Source: Candidatus Bathyarchaeota archaeon
GTDB lineage: Archaea > Thermoproteota > Bathyarchaeia > Bathyarchaeales > Bathycorpusculaceae
Length of the DNA stretch: 64,000 bases
Direction of reading: 5' to 3'
NCBI GenBank assembly: GCA_963782525.1
Contig: CAWAKC010000002.1
Location: 32,001 to 96,000 of the forward strand
The translations under genes were made by a program, and so were the position numbers. How positions within the stretch are numbered: the first letter of the stretch is position 1; every line of letters starts with the position of its first letter. Below are positions 1-11,841 of this stretch, one piece after another. The notes below the pieces were generated by a model that was not told where the DNA came from, did no database searches, and worked only from the letters and a program-made list of their open reading frames with translations.

Positions 1-309
1 CTATTTATCTTCAATGGCTTCCTGAGAGACAGATAATCTGCAATAGTAGTAGCCATCACTTTTTTTGATGAACTAAATTCTGGGAAGGCAAACGTATTAT
101 GAAGTGGTTCCTTTGCGCTCTTGACTCTTTAGATATGCAGATTTAGTGCTTATCTTATTTTTAATTTAAAATTCGTTTATTTGTGATTCTGAACTTTTAT
201 AGTCTCTTTTTGTGCCCACAAACCTTCTTAATAGCTTTTTCAGGTTTAACCATCGAGATCAAAGTTGAGGATATCCGAAAATGGTAACTAAACTCCGCAA
301 GCAACATGA

Positions 310-450
310 ATGCCGGACAAGGACAACCATCAATACAACCATATAATAGTCATTCCAGAAGAGGCAGTCAATGAATTAGGCTGGAATAATGGACAACACC
401 TAGAGCTTACGATAACAGAGTTGCGATTAATCATTGAGGCAAAAGAATAA
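310..450 (+). CDS. AbrB/MazE/SpoVT-like small DNA-binding protein (N-terminus possibly frameshifted from ATG at 281)
   Basis: Manual translation MPDKDNHQYNHIIVIPEEAVNELGWNNGQHLELTITELRLIIEAKE has the AbrB-type IVIP..LGW..G..L pattern; below the ORF-track size cutoff. Confidence 0.55.
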   Translation: MPDKDNHQYNHIIVIPEEAVNELGWNNGQHLELTITELRLIIEAKE

Positions 451-674
451 GCAATTTCACAGTTGATTCAATGAGCATTATTTCTTTATATTGTGGGTTT
501 GAGAAAATAGATTTTTGAGCTTTATCCACTTGCTCTATTTTTAAGGTATAATCGCTAAAGAGTGATGTGCAATGATTCTTGTCCCTTTTCGCTCAGCAGT
601 TTCTTTAGCCTCAAAAGAAAAATACTACTTGTTAATTCAGGTCTACAGAACATAAAGTTGTTAGAGGTACAAAC

Positions 675-899
675 ATGACAAAATGGGAGTATGTCTCAAT
701 TGCTTTAGTAAAAGGGATTCTGGATGCTGGCGTTAAAACGCAAGAAGAGTTGTTGAATAAATATGGTTTAGATGGGTGGGAATTGGTTTCTATTGTTGCG
801 CTTCAAATTAATCAAAGTTTTGAAGTGGTTGCTTATCTGAAACGAGAATTAAGAAGCGAAAGCGAACTATCCAATAATGAATCAAAAAATAACAGCTAA
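675..899 (+). CDS. DUF4177-like small protein
   Basis: KWEY...LNKYGLDGWELVS...YLKR pattern typical of DUF4177. Confidence 0.7.
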   Translation: MTKWEYVSIALVKGILDAGVKTQEELLNKYGLDGWELVSIVALQINQSFEVVAYLKRELRSESELSNNESKNNS

Positions 900-1134
900 A
901 AGAAATTGGCCAATCAATCGAAGCCTTATCACTTTCCGTTTAGCTAAAGACCGTTGCCCATACAGCTTACAGTGTGTAGGACAAATTCGTTGTTTGTTTG
1001 ATAACGTTCTAAGAAGGGTTTTTGCAGTTAGATTGCCCATAATCTCGGCGAGGTGTTCCAGGCTAACTGGCTTGTCCTGGCCTTCTTCATTGGTTTCTTG
1101 TAATTTAGTTATTGGTATTTGAGGACTGGCGATT

Positions 1135-1283
1135 TTATTCTTGTTTGTTGATCTATGTTTTTACTGTTTCTTGGACAGCTTTGGATAAGTTGCCTTTTTT
1201 GCCTCCGAATCGCTCTATGGTTTTTAATCTGAACTGTTTTTCTATGTGGTATGGGGGCTAATGGCGATACCAAAGGCCTTCAA
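1135..1283 (-). pseudogene. Ribbon-helix-helix-type regulator remnant
   Basis: Minus-strand frame reads HIEKQFRLKTIERFGGKKGNLSKAVQETVKT*INKQE, resembling archaeal RHH proteins; in-frame TAG at 1153-1155 and a 5' frameshift. Confidence 0.5.
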
Positions 1284-1474
1284 AATATGATCCCTTAGAA
1301 GGAAAGATGTTGTCTGCATTTTGTTTTATTATCAGAACATTTAAAATCAAAAAATAAAATTTTAAGGCTTGATTCAATGTTGCCAGTTTGGTGAAAGGAA
1401 TTGGTTCTCGAGTGAAATAGCAACTATTGTGAGCGTTGGGGGACGATTCATTCGTGGGTAGAGCATTTGTGTTG

Positions 1475-1757
1475 TTAATGTCGAGTTTCTTCTTCTATAG
1501 GCAATGCTAGTGTTAGTTCCCGAAAATACTTCAAAACATTAGTGCCGCGTTGTGTAATCGAGAAAACATTGTGTTCCTTTTCGACAATACGTTTTTCGAC
1601 TAAGCCTTGTTTGATTAAGAAGTCCAAGTATTCGTTGAGAATGCTGCAGTTGATGTTGGCCTTGTACATTATATGTGTCAACTTTAATGATCCTCTGTGG
1701 ACCAAAACTTGAAGGATGTTGAACGTATATCTCTGATTTCGATCTTCTACTCTTCAA
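1475..1757 (-). CDS. Small winged-helix regulator (RRSKLE/ArnR1-like wHTH family), single frameshift near 1720
   Basis: Two frames join to give KSRRSKSEIY + HRGSLKLTHIMYKANINCSILNEYLDFLIKQGLV, close to the paralog at 29532. Confidence 0.8.
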
Positions 1758-1842
1758 TTCCTTTCCCCTTACTTAATTATGTATATCTGCATGTTATGAA
1801 ACAGAATACAATAAACTTTGCTGAAATGTTGTTGTTTAATTC

Positions 1843-1856
1843 GAGCAGTTTTGCTT
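1843..1856. promoter_or_regulatory. Candidate operator palindrome GAGCA-GTTT-TGCTT upstream of wHTH copy 1
   Basis: Matches AAGCA-N4-TGCTT found at the equivalent position upstream of two other wHTH genes. Confidence 0.45.
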
Positions 1857-2023
1857 TTTATTAGCAAATCAGCTGTTAGTATAATAAAATAAATTATTTG
1901 ATACATAAATCTAAAAATAATTAACAAATTGCGGTGAGTTTGTGACTGTGCCGTGCCTACTACAATATTTAATAAGCTTTCAAAATAACTGTAATTTTCC
2001 TTTCTCTGAATAAGGAAATAACC

Positions 2024-2302
2024 GTGACAAAAAAAAGCATACAAGAAAGCGACTTAATTTTTCCCAAAGTCTATATCGGAAAATTTGTTGCTCGTAGAAC
2101 ACCCACACCCATTATCAAGTGTGTCTGCGGCTTCAAAATTTTAGTGGTTCCCGATTTGAAGGCTATGAACCGCGCCATAAAAAAGCATATAGCCGAACAC
2201 AAGCAAGCGGATTATGCTTTAGTGACTGATTCGCTGGAGGAGTTTTTGACAGAGCAGATTCTGACAGCAGCAAGTAAAATGAGCCTGCCAAACGTAAGTT
2301 AG
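2024..2302 (+). CDS. Uncharacterised CxC/HxxxH zinc-finger small protein (copy 1)
   Basis: IKCVCGFKILVVPDLKAMNRAIKKHIAEH; four paralogs in the window. Confidence 0.8.
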   Translation: MTKKSIQESDLIFPKVYIGKFVARRTPTPIIKCVCGFKILVVPDLKAMNRAIKKHIAEHKQADYALVTDSLEEFLTEQILTAASKMSLPNVS

Positions 2303-2480
2303 TTGAGAAAAGCTTAACCAGGTCTTCCAAAAACTGGGAACAGTAGTCTCTGATCAGTTCTTGACATACATCTCAAACAAAAATTTTAAGAGAATAATAC
2401 CTTTGAGTTATTCCTTAGCCACAAAATCCAGATATGCTAAAATAGTAAACACTTATTAATTTAAATAACTCAATATAATA

Positions 2481-4370
2481 TTGAGTCTTAATATGACATT
2501 AATTAGCACAGCAGAAATGGCTCTTTCAAGTAAAAAGAAAAACATTCGAATTTTACATGTTGATGATGACCCGTGCTTTTTGGAAGTTACACAACAGTCG
2601 CTGACTATGGAGAACCACTTTGACATCGATATTGTCACATCGGTTGATGACGCCCTCAAAAAAATGAAAAATCAAACCTACGATGCAATAGTTTCCGACT
2701 ATGAACTGCCCCAGAAAAACGGATTAGAATTTCTTAAAAGTATCAGAGAACAAGAGAACGAAATTCCTTTTATATTATTTACAGGAAAAGGTCGAGAAGA
2801 AGTTATCATTAAAGCCCTAAATCTAGGCGCTGATAGATACATCAACAAGCATGGGCCCCCTGAAGTAGTTTACTGCGAGTTAGCAGACGCAATAATCAAA
2901 ACTGTAGAACGCAAGAAAAGCAGGCAAAATTTAAAAACGAGTGCAGAAAACTACCGTTTGCTTTTTGAATCGATTGATGAGGGGTTTTGCATATTAGAGA
3001 AAATTAACAAAACTAGCGAATCGCTAGATTTTCTTTTCATTCAAGCCAACAAGGCGTTCGAGACCCAATCTGGAGTCCACGATGTTTTAGGCAAAACCAT
3101 CCGTGAAGTGGTTCCGAGCGAACCGGACGAGTGGGTTGAGACTTACGACACTATTCTCAGAACTGGTAAAGCGATAAGGTTTGAACTTGACCTATTTACT
3201 AAGGGGCATTGGTTGGAACTATATGCCTTTAAAGTTGAAGATGAAACAAATAATCATATTGCCCTGCTGTTCAAGGACATTTCCGAGCGCAAAAAATCAG
3301 AGGAAAAGCTGAAAAATAGCGAAAAAAAGTATCGCGAGCTATCTGAGTCTCTTCCTGAGATTGTTTTTGAAACAGATAATGCAAAAAAAATTACTTTTAT
3401 GAATAAACGTGGACTCGAAATCCTCGGATACTCAATGAATGAACTTATGGAAAGGCGACTCACAGATTTTGTTATTCCTAGAACCAATAACCAAAAATTA
3501 GAACAAGAACTGAATAGAAATAATCAAGAAGAAACAACAGTGGAAAAATACAAAGTCCTAAACAAAGAAGGCACTTCTTTTCCAGCAATAATGTTTACAG
3601 ATCAAACCCCTCAGCAAGAAAACAAGTCTGGGCTGCGCGGGGTTATTATTAACATGAGTGAAACAGTAAAAGAACAAGAGAAACTGACTCTTCTTAACGA
3701 GAAATTGCGTGTTGAAGGTTCATTGGTTAGGCATGATGCAAGAAACAAACTTGCAATCATTGAGGGCAATTTACATTTAGCCAAAAAAAAGTTATCCGAA
3801 GAAAGCGCAACTTACAGTTACCTCAAAAACATTGAATCTTCTTTAAATAGCATTGAGACTATTTTTGATTTTGCGGCAACTTATGAGCGCATTGGTCTAG
3901 AAAAGCTATTGCCTATCAAAGTTGAAAGTGTAATAAAGCAGGCAGTTTCACTTTTTGCCGATACTCCAAAAGTAAGAATAGTTAACGAATGCCAAGGCTT
4001 AACAGTTTTGGCTGATTCTCTTTTGAGTGTAGTGTTCTATAACTTAATAGATAACTCAATCAAACATGGACAAAAAACTGGCAATATCAGAATATATTAT
4101 CGAGAAAATGATGGAAACCTGAAGCTTTTCTACGAAGACGACGGAATTGGTATCCTAGCTGCAATAAGACCTAAACTCTTTGCTGAAAGCATCAGCACGG
4201 GCAAAGGTTCAGGCTATGGTCTTTTCTTGATCAAAAAAGTAACAGAGTTCTATGGCTGGAAAATTGAGGAAACAAGTAAGACCGGTCAAGGAGCTCAATT
4301 TACTATTACGGTTTCTGAGAAAGATGAGCCGAACAAAAAATATTGGATAGAAAAACAAGTTCGGCACTAA
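2481..4370 (+). CDS. Hybrid REC-PAS-PAS histidine kinase
   Basis: N-terminal receiver (ILHVDDD, SDYELP, FTGKG), PAS segments, H-box RHDARNKL, N-box NLIDNSIKHG, G boxes EDDGIG and GSGYGL. Confidence 0.93.
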   Translation: MSLNMTLISTAEMALSSKKKNIRILHVDDDPCFLEVTQQSLTMENHFDIDIVTSVDDALKKMKNQTYDAIVSDYELPQKNGLEFLKSIREQENEIPFILFTGKGREEVIIKALNLGADRYINKHGPPEVVYCELADAIIKTVERKKSRQNLKTSAENYRLLFESIDEGFCILEKINKTSESLDFLFIQANKAFETQSGVHDVLGKTIREVVPSEPDEWVETYDTILRTGKAIRFELDLFTKGHWLELYAFKVEDETNNHIALLFKDISERKKSEEKLKNSEKKYRELSESLPEIVFETDNAKKITFMNKRGLEILGYSMNELMERRLTDFVIPRTNNQKLEQELNRNNQEETTVEKYKVLNKEGTSFPAIMFTDQTPQQENKSGLRGVIINMSETVKEQEKLTLLNEKLRVEGSLVRHDARNKLAIIEGNLHLAKKKLSEESATYSYLKNIESSLNSIETIFDFAATYERIGLEKLLPIKVESVIKQAVSLFADTPKVRIVNECQGLTVLADSLLSVVFYNLIDNSIKHGQKTGNIRIYYRENDGNLKLFYEDDGIGILAAIRPKLFAESISTGKGSGYGLFLIKKVTEFYGWKIEETSKTGQGAQFTITVSEKDEPNKKYWIEKQVRH

Positions 4371-4390
4371 CTTTTAAAAAGGCAAACACT

Positions 4391-5600
4391 ATGATCAACC
4401 TTGAAAGCGATTTTAACCAAAAGAACTTGGAAGAAAATGCTGAAACACCATCAAAAATATTAATTATTGATGACGATGCAGGTCTTGGGGCAATGTTGGA
4501 GGACATTCTTAGTCAAGAAGGGTATCAAACGACAGCTGTTCAAACAGGGGAAGCGGCTATTAAGAAATGTCAGATGCAAACATTTGATGTTGCACTTGTA
4601 GATATAAAACTTCCCGATATGGAGGGAACAGAACTACTTGAATTACTAAAGAAAATTACGCCCACTACTTTACTAATTGTTATGACGGGTTATCCTTCTT
4701 TGGACAATGCTGTTCGATCCTTGAATTTAGGCGTTGACAATTACATTGTTAAACCTTTTAAATCCCAAAAATTGCTGGAGCAAATTAAAGCCCAGCTTGA
4801 AAGACGTCGGTTTACAAGATGGGAGACCCTGCTCAGAAACACGGGGCTGTCGATTTATGAAGCTAAACTCTATTTGACTTTGACTCTGTCTGGGTCTTCG
4901 GAAGTGAGAAGACTCAGTATGACTGCAGGGGTACCAAGAACCAAAGTATATGAAGCCCTAAAGAAACTAAAACAAAGGGGACTTATTAATGAGGTTCCAG
5001 GAGGAACCCAAAGGTTTTCCATTACAAACCCCGAGGGCGCTTTCTCAACCTTTGTTCAAAATTGGAAAAGAGAGATCTTGGAGCGCTCGTCTCTTCTGAC
5101 AGAGTTTGAAAGCGCAATAGCTGTTATGGATTCAATTCATTCAAAGCAGTTGAATCCTCTACAAATAGACTTGCAAAAGGAAGATGTTTGGTATATTAGA
5201 AGCGAGCAGGAAATAAAACAAAGAATAAGCGATATTCTCTCTAAAGTGAAAACCTCGATCTGCATTTTGACAACGGAAGAAGGCTTAGTTTTTTTACATA
5301 AAAATTTTGCAAAGGCACTGGATATTTTGGCTGAGAATGGGGTCAAAATTCTAATAAAAGTTCCAATTGGGCCTTTCAAACAGAAGTTTTGTCAAAGACC
5401 TCAGGGTAAATTACAAAGTGGAAAATGTAAGTTTATCTATTCCTATTTTTTTTATGAAGGTGGACAAGACAGAGGTTTTTTTCGATTGCCTCAAGAACGA
5501 TGCGAATGAAAACGTCGATGGAAAAGTAGTCGGATTATTTTGTAGTAGTGAAACCCTTTGTTCTTTCTTTTCCGACATTTTTTTCCGCACTAAAACTTAA
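4391..5600 (+). CDS. Response regulator fused to TrmB-family wHTH and effector domain (frameshift ~5375)
   Basis: REC (ILIIDDD, DIKLPD, MTGY, VKPF) followed by TrmB motif GLSIYEAKLYLTL...GVPRTKVYEALKKL; C-terminus continues in ORF 5367-5600. Confidence 0.85.
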
Positions 5601-5858
5601 AATTAATGTGAAGCTTGTTTTCACAATATTACATAAATGATTCAATAGCTATTCATGAAATAAAAAATGTTTCTTCGGTGAATCCAAAAATTTTCTTGGG
5701 ATAAATGTTTCGTGATTTACAGGGAATTGTTTAACAATGACTTTTGGAGAATCGAGTTTTAAGTTTTTGCTTGTCACTGAGGCTTGCGTTTTGCTCAGTC
5801 ACAGTAAGTTTAACCTGATCATTGCTGTACACAAATACACTCGGGAGACATAAGACTC

Positions 5859-6221
5859 ATGGTTTCACAAGATAACAGTGGAGAAAAGAACACGCCCTCG
5901 CCTAAACTTGAAAGTCGAACAAATCTTGAAATTTTGGTGAACACACTAAGTCTGATATCTATAAGTCCGTCAACATTAAATGAACTAGCGAGCGAAGAAA
6001 GGATTTCCAACAAAAACATGGCTACTTATTTGGGTTTTCTCTTAAATCAAGGTTTGATTTACAAAACAAACCAAGGCAAGAAATTAACTGCTGTTTTTTC
6101 CTTGACTCAACGAGGCATTACTGCATTGAAGACCTTCAGACCCCTTGAGAAGAAAAGCCAAATAGAGTTTGAATCCGAAGAGAAAAAATGGGCAATCAGC
6201 AAACTGGTGAAAAGAAATTGA
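5859..6221 (+). CDS. Divergent small winged-helix protein (same family)
   Basis: YLGFLLNQGLI...VFSLTQRGITALKTFR matches the wHTH family C-terminus. Confidence 0.7.
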   Translation: MVSQDNSGEKNTPSPKLESRTNLEILVNTLSLISISPSTLNELASEERISNKNMATYLGFLLNQGLIYKTNQGKKLTAVFSLTQRGITALKTFRPLEKKSQIEFESEEKKWAISKLVKRN

Positions 6222-6502
6222 GACGTTCAAAACTAGAAACGTATATTGATATCCTCAACGTGTTAGCACGCAAAGGACCATTGAAGTTAACACACGTAAT
6301 GTACAAAGCTAACCTCAACAGTAATGTGGTCAAAGAGAATTTGGTCTTTCTAATCAAACAGCACCTGGTTGAAGAACGAACTATTGCGAGAAGTCAAGTA
6401 GTTTTCACGGTGACACAACGTGGAATAACTGTGCTGAACTACTTCCGAGAACTCACCCAAGTTTTACCAATTATAGAAACCAAAAATAGAACGCTTGCTT
6501 GA
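6188..6502 (+). CDS. Small winged-helix regulator (RRSKLE family)
   Basis: LRRSKLETYIDILNVLARKGPLKLTHVMYKANLN. Confidence 0.85.
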   Translation: MGNQQTGEKKLRRSKLETYIDILNVLARKGPLKLTHVMYKANLNSNVVKENLVFLIKQHLVEERTIARSQVVFTVTQRGITVLNYFRELTQVLPIIETKNRTLA

Positions 6503-7108
6503 GGCACTGAATTTTTTCAGACACACGCTCTTCTAAAATTACACCTACCTTTTCTTTATTTCATAGAGTTCTTTGTTATCGAATCTGTAACTGAATTAAG
6601 AAAGCAATTTCACAAAATTTAAGAAATTATTGTTTGGCAAAAACAACTTCAAAGTGGTTTTTTAAATTTTCGCTTCTTTACCTTTTCTCTCGAGCTGCTT
6701 TTTAGTCAATTTTTTGCAGTATGCGGTTGGAGAGGTCTATGCTTACCCTGTTTGTTCGTCAGTCTTCCAGTTGATTTAGGTATTTATTTAACAATTGTTG
6801 TAAAGTTTTAATAATGTTTTTACAACTGAATTTTCGGCAAAATAAGGCACTTCTCTTTTGATGACAACTGGAAATCTATGAAATTGACATGTTTGGCTTT
6901 GGAATTGACTTGTATACATTCTTAATAGTTTCATACTTTGCCGTGATCTTCTCAGCGAAGGCATACTTTATGTTGAGTACAATCCGCTCGTAACCATCTT
7001 CACATTGGGAATTAAAATAAGATATTAGCCGGTTGCATTTGTATTGTGAATTCACAAACAATTAATAAGTCTTAAGATGATTCAATCTGTATTGTCTGGG
7101 ATTATTGT

Positions 7109-10108
7109 TTGGTTGATTTAAAGGCTTCAAAAGAAGCTAATTCTATTCGTGTTTTGCACGTTGACGACGACGCTCCCTTGCGGGAGATTTTGAAGTTGAT
7201 TTTATTGGATCTGGATGGTGGCTTTGAGATTGACCAAGCCAGCTGTGTGGAAGAGGCTCTTAACAAGTTAGCAGTTGGAAGTTATGATGTTGTTGTTTCT
7301 GACTATGAAATGCCACAAAAAAACGGTCTGCAATTCCTAACAGAGCTACGCCAACAGAAAAACGATATCCCATTCATCTTGTTTACCGGAAAAGGCAGAG
7401 AAGAAGTTGCCGTTAAAGCCCTAAATTTAGGCGCCGATGGATATTACAACAAACAAGGATCACCAGAAACAGTGTATGGCGAGCTTGCACATGGTATTCA
7501 AACAAGTTATAAAAATAAAAAAGCTGACGAGTTACTTAGGAAAAGCCAAGCTGAGCTAAATGCAATTGTTTATAATGCACCCATAGGAATTGCGACGTCC
7601 GATTCAAATATGATATTTAAAAGTGCAAATTTGGCTTTCTGCAGAATTGTTGGGTATTCAGAGGATGAGCTGCAAAACCGTTCTTTTAAAGACATAACAT
7701 ACCCAGAGGATGTCGAAGTTAGCAATAAAGATATGAGAGAACTCAGTTGTGGAAACATCCCCTATTTTATCCAAGAGAAAAGGTATGTCCGAAAAGACGG
7801 CAGTATAATTGATGGAAAAGTCATAGTTAATGCAATACGAGACAACGAAGGCAAACCAGTTCTTTTCGTTGCCGAATTAGAAGACATCACTCAACAAAAG
7901 CAGGCGGAAGCAGAGTTGAGAAGAACTTTTAGTGTTCTTGAAAGAGTCGGGGAAGGCATTGATGCGGGTTTAGCTGTAATCGGTAAAGATTATCGGGTGA
8001 TTTGGGCTAATAAACGCTTGAAGGATTTGGGTGTTTACACCAAACAAGAAATGCTATCAGACTATTAACCGATACAGAATCGGTTTGTGCAGACTGCGGC
8101 GTCAAAAAAATCTTTGAACAAAATGCATCTTTTGATATTCATGAATATAAAACTGTTAATTTGAGAGGCGAAACTGTTTGGGTGGAATTGAGGGCGACGC
8201 CTCTCAAAGACAAACAAGGAAACGTGACAGCTGCAATAGAACTAGCAGTACCAATAACTGAACACAGAAGAAACCAGGTCATTCTTAAGAAGAAAGAACA
8301 GGAATTAGAAAACATCTTGGATTCTTCACCAATGATTGTTTTCCACAAAGACCTAAATGGCAAATTCATACAAGCAAACAAAGCATTTGCTCAAGCTCTT
8401 AACACAACCAAGGAATACTTATTGGGTAAAACAGTTTTTGATATTTATTCAGCCAAGATAGCTCAAGAAATGACATATGATGATAACGTAGTTTTGAAAT
8501 CTAAGACTCCTAAATTGAATATAGTAGAATCTTACGAATCCACGACGGGGTTGAGGTGGATTCGAACGCATAAGATTCCAACATTTGACGAAAAAGGAGA
8601 AGTAACTGGACTAGTCGGTTTCTCAGAGGAGATCACCGATTACAAAAAAACAGAATCCAACTTTAAAGAGAGCTTGAACGATTATCACAGTTTAATTAAT
8701 GGTATGGTTGAGACTGCTTGGGTTATTGATTTTGCGGGGAACTTTTTGGAAGTAAACGATGCAGCCGTTGAAGCGCTAGGCTATTCAAAAGATGAGTTGC
8801 GCTCTATTGGCATTATGGGTATCGATAAACATTTGAGTAGACTTCAAGTTCAAGAACTTATAAACAATTTTCCCTTCAATAAAAAACAGATTTTTGAAAC
8901 TATACATACCAGAAAAGACGGTGTTGAAATTCCTGTAGAGATAAGCTCAAGTCTAATAACTTATCAAGGGAAACAAATGATTCTAAGTATTGCGCGAAAC
9001 ATTACAGAACGAAAAAAAGCTCAAGAAGCCATTAAGCAAAGTGACCAGCACTATTATCAACTCTTTATGTCTATGAACGAGCTCTTCCAAGTTGTTGAGG
9101 TAATCCATGACAATTCTGGCAAGGCAGTTGATTTATTTTATCGCGAGGTTAATCCTGCTTTTGAAAGATTTACAGGAAAAACCAAACGGCAACTTGTCGG
9201 CAAAAGTGTAAGGGATTTATTTGGTGTTGTTGAAGCTTACTGGCTAGAATTTCTCGATAAGGTTGCTAGAACTGGCGAATCAAGCGCTTTGGAGAATTAT
9301 GGAGCTTCACTTGATAAATATTATGAAGTTCATGCTTGGAAAATAAGAGAAAAGGAAAACCTTGTTGCAGTCCTTCTTAATGAGACAACTGAGCGTAAGA
9401 AAGCTGAAAAAGAACAAAAAGAATATAGCGAAAAAATTCAGATGATAAACGAAAAGTTGCGTGTTGTTGGAGGTATGACTAGACACGATGTGGGTAACAA
9501 ACTCATGGTTGCCAAATCAAATCTGTATTTGTTAAAGAAACAGATTGGAATGAACCCGCAGTTGGCTAAGTATCTTGATAATATTGATGGCGCGCTTGTT
9601 TCTTCTGACAAGTTTTTTGAGTTTAGTCGTCTCTATGAGAAAATTGGAGGCGAAACACCCTTAATTGTGGATGTTTTTGAATGTTTCAACGCGGCCACAG
9701 CTCTGTTTTCTGATTTGAGTTCATTAAAGATTATCAATGAAGGTCAGGGGCTGAAGGTTATCGCGGATTCACTTTTGAGACAGTTGTTCTATAATTTCAT
9801 TGATAATTCACTAAAGCATGGTGAAAAAGTAACCCAAATACAACTACACTACACCAAAGTGAGCAATAGAGTGAATTTGTTCTATGAAGACAACGGCGTC
9901 GGGATCCCTATAGCAAATAAGTCGAAGCTTTTTAAGAAAGGTTTCTCGACTAGAAAATGGCAGCGGTTTTGGATTGTATTTTATTAAAAAGATTATAGAT
10001 GTCTACGGTTGGAGTATTACTGAAGAAGGCGAAGCGGGAAAAGGAGCAAAATTTGTAATATCAATTCCACTAAGTTTGCTTTCTGGCGCGGAAAATTTTA
10101 GCTCTTAA
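7109..10108 (+). CDS. Hybrid REC-multi-PAS histidine kinase (frameshifts ~8040 and ~9950)
   Basis: REC, several PAS/PAC repeats, RHDVGNKL H-box and NFIDNSLKHG; C-terminal GLYFIKKIIDVYGWSITEEGEAGKGAKF lies in another frame ending at TAA 10108. Confidence 0.88.
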
Positions 10109-10939
10109 AAAACTGTAATTACGAATTCACATTTTTTTGAAATTATTCGATTGAACTGTTTTGATATAACGAAACTTGGGTAATGTTGAAATCTCTTCGA
10201 TATACTTTGGATAAATTGTAGCTAAATATACTTAATCCTAAGTCGGAGAATATCAGATAAACGTTTATTGCAATTTTATGCCTTGAATGTTGTTTTGGTT
10301 TTCATAATTGCGTTGATTAACGTGAGGTTCATGATAACAAAAGTACTTAATGGAGATAATTGAAACTATTTCAAAATAAGCCAAATCACAATTAGTAATC
10401 AAACGTTATCATCAAAACTGGAAGCAAAGTAGAAAAACGCATGCCGCACTTTGCATCTATTGAGATAAACTATGGCTTACTGAGGTTAACAACTTATTCG
10501 GTTTGAGCTTATACATATTGTGTCACCGTCTCACTGAAGACACGGTTACAACTAATTCTTATTGCAACTATCGCATATATCATTTGGAGAGGGGATAGTT
10601 GCTTAAATCAAAGTTCTACATCAAGGCGCTATTTGAGATGCGAAAAAGATTTTCTCTTTTTTATCGTATTTCATTAGGGCAGAATTTATGCTCTAATTTG
10701 CCGGAAACCTTTCACAACCGAAAACAAGAATTATTCAATAGACTTAATGCATTAAAACAATCGATTGGAATATTTCTTAGTTATCTATGGTTCACTCGAG
10801 GGTCAATTAAATATATCTTCACGAGAAAATTGAATTTGGTAGAGTTGAAACCTCTTTTTTCACTAAAACCTTCAAACATTCGAGTTTATTCAATTGGTGG
10901 CAAAGGAAAAGATGTCTTTTTCAAACGAGGACAATAGAC

Positions 10940-11440
10940 ATGTATCTTGACGATTTGGATAAGACGCTACTGCAATATCTAAGTATGGGTACGTGTTCCT
11001 ACGAAGAAATGGCTCGCTTGTGCAATGTCACCCGAAACACAGTTTATCGAAGAATATCAGCCCTTGAAAACAAAGGGATTATAAAAAACGTACTAAACTG
11101 CATTGTAAACTTGGAACAGCTTGATATATCGCCAGTGTGTATTGGAGCGAGAATTGCGCAATCGGAACAAGACAAAGCTTTAAACTTGCTTGCTGCTCAT
11201 TTGAACGTTAGATTGCTATGGCGAACTTATGGCGACTATGACTTTCATCTTATAGCCTTCTGCGCAAAAGGCAAAGAGGGCCACACTATTCAGTGCTTAA
11301 GGACTCTTTTAGAAAAGCTCAATGCAACAAACATAAGTGTGTCCATAGGTTTTGTGTGGGAGAAAATGGATCTAACACCTTTTGGGGAGCATACGCAGAT
11401 TATAGACAACTCAAGCCTGATTGTAGAAAACAAATATTGA
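10940..11440 (+). CDS. Lrp/AsnC family transcriptional regulator
   Basis: LDDLDKTLL...EEMARLCNVTRNTVYRRISALENKGII HTH; TYGDYDF RAM-domain motif. Confidence 0.85.
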   Translation: MYLDDLDKTLLQYLSMGTCSYEEMARLCNVTRNTVYRRISALENKGIIKNVLNCIVNLEQLDISPVCIGARIAQSEQDKALNLLAAHLNVRLLWRTYGDYDFHLIAFCAKGKEGHTIQCLRTLLEKLNATNISVSIGFVWEKMDLTPFGEHTQIIDNSSLIVENKY

Positions 11441-11841
11441 CTTTTCATAAAAAAGATAACTCCCTAGTTACATTCAATAATGTGAAGTAGTGGAAGCCAT
11501 TTGCTTTCCAAATATGATAAACCACGGATTTTAGTCCACAACATGAAAACTTCAAGCGAAATTAATGTAAAACAAAAAATGGGAAATCTAGTACTATCAA
11601 TCCAATCGGCACTAAAAATATGGACTTGAACTTGTTCAGGTCTGCAACTCGGCGGACTTATCACAATCATAAAATTTGATAAATAATGTCAAAAGCTAAG
11701 GCTTGAGCACACCGATGGGGACACGCCCTAGCTGCTCAATCTTCTATCGAAGAGCATTTACGCTCTTGACCTCAAAAAGTTGAATGGAGAAAAAAGATGA
11801 AAACGCTAATTTATCCTATGGGTGAAAAATGCTATTTTGTT

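Noticed and set aside
1153-1155. In-frame TAG as pyrrolysine in the RHH-like gene
   Set aside because: It is a single change from TGG and the gene also has a frameshift, so decay is more likely.
10599-10937. 112-aa ORF upstream of the Lrp gene, and other AT-rich ORFs (1769-2044, 29306-29593, 33529-33741)
   Set aside because: Composition is typical of chance ORFs in promoter DNA; several span the conserved non-coding regulatory regions.
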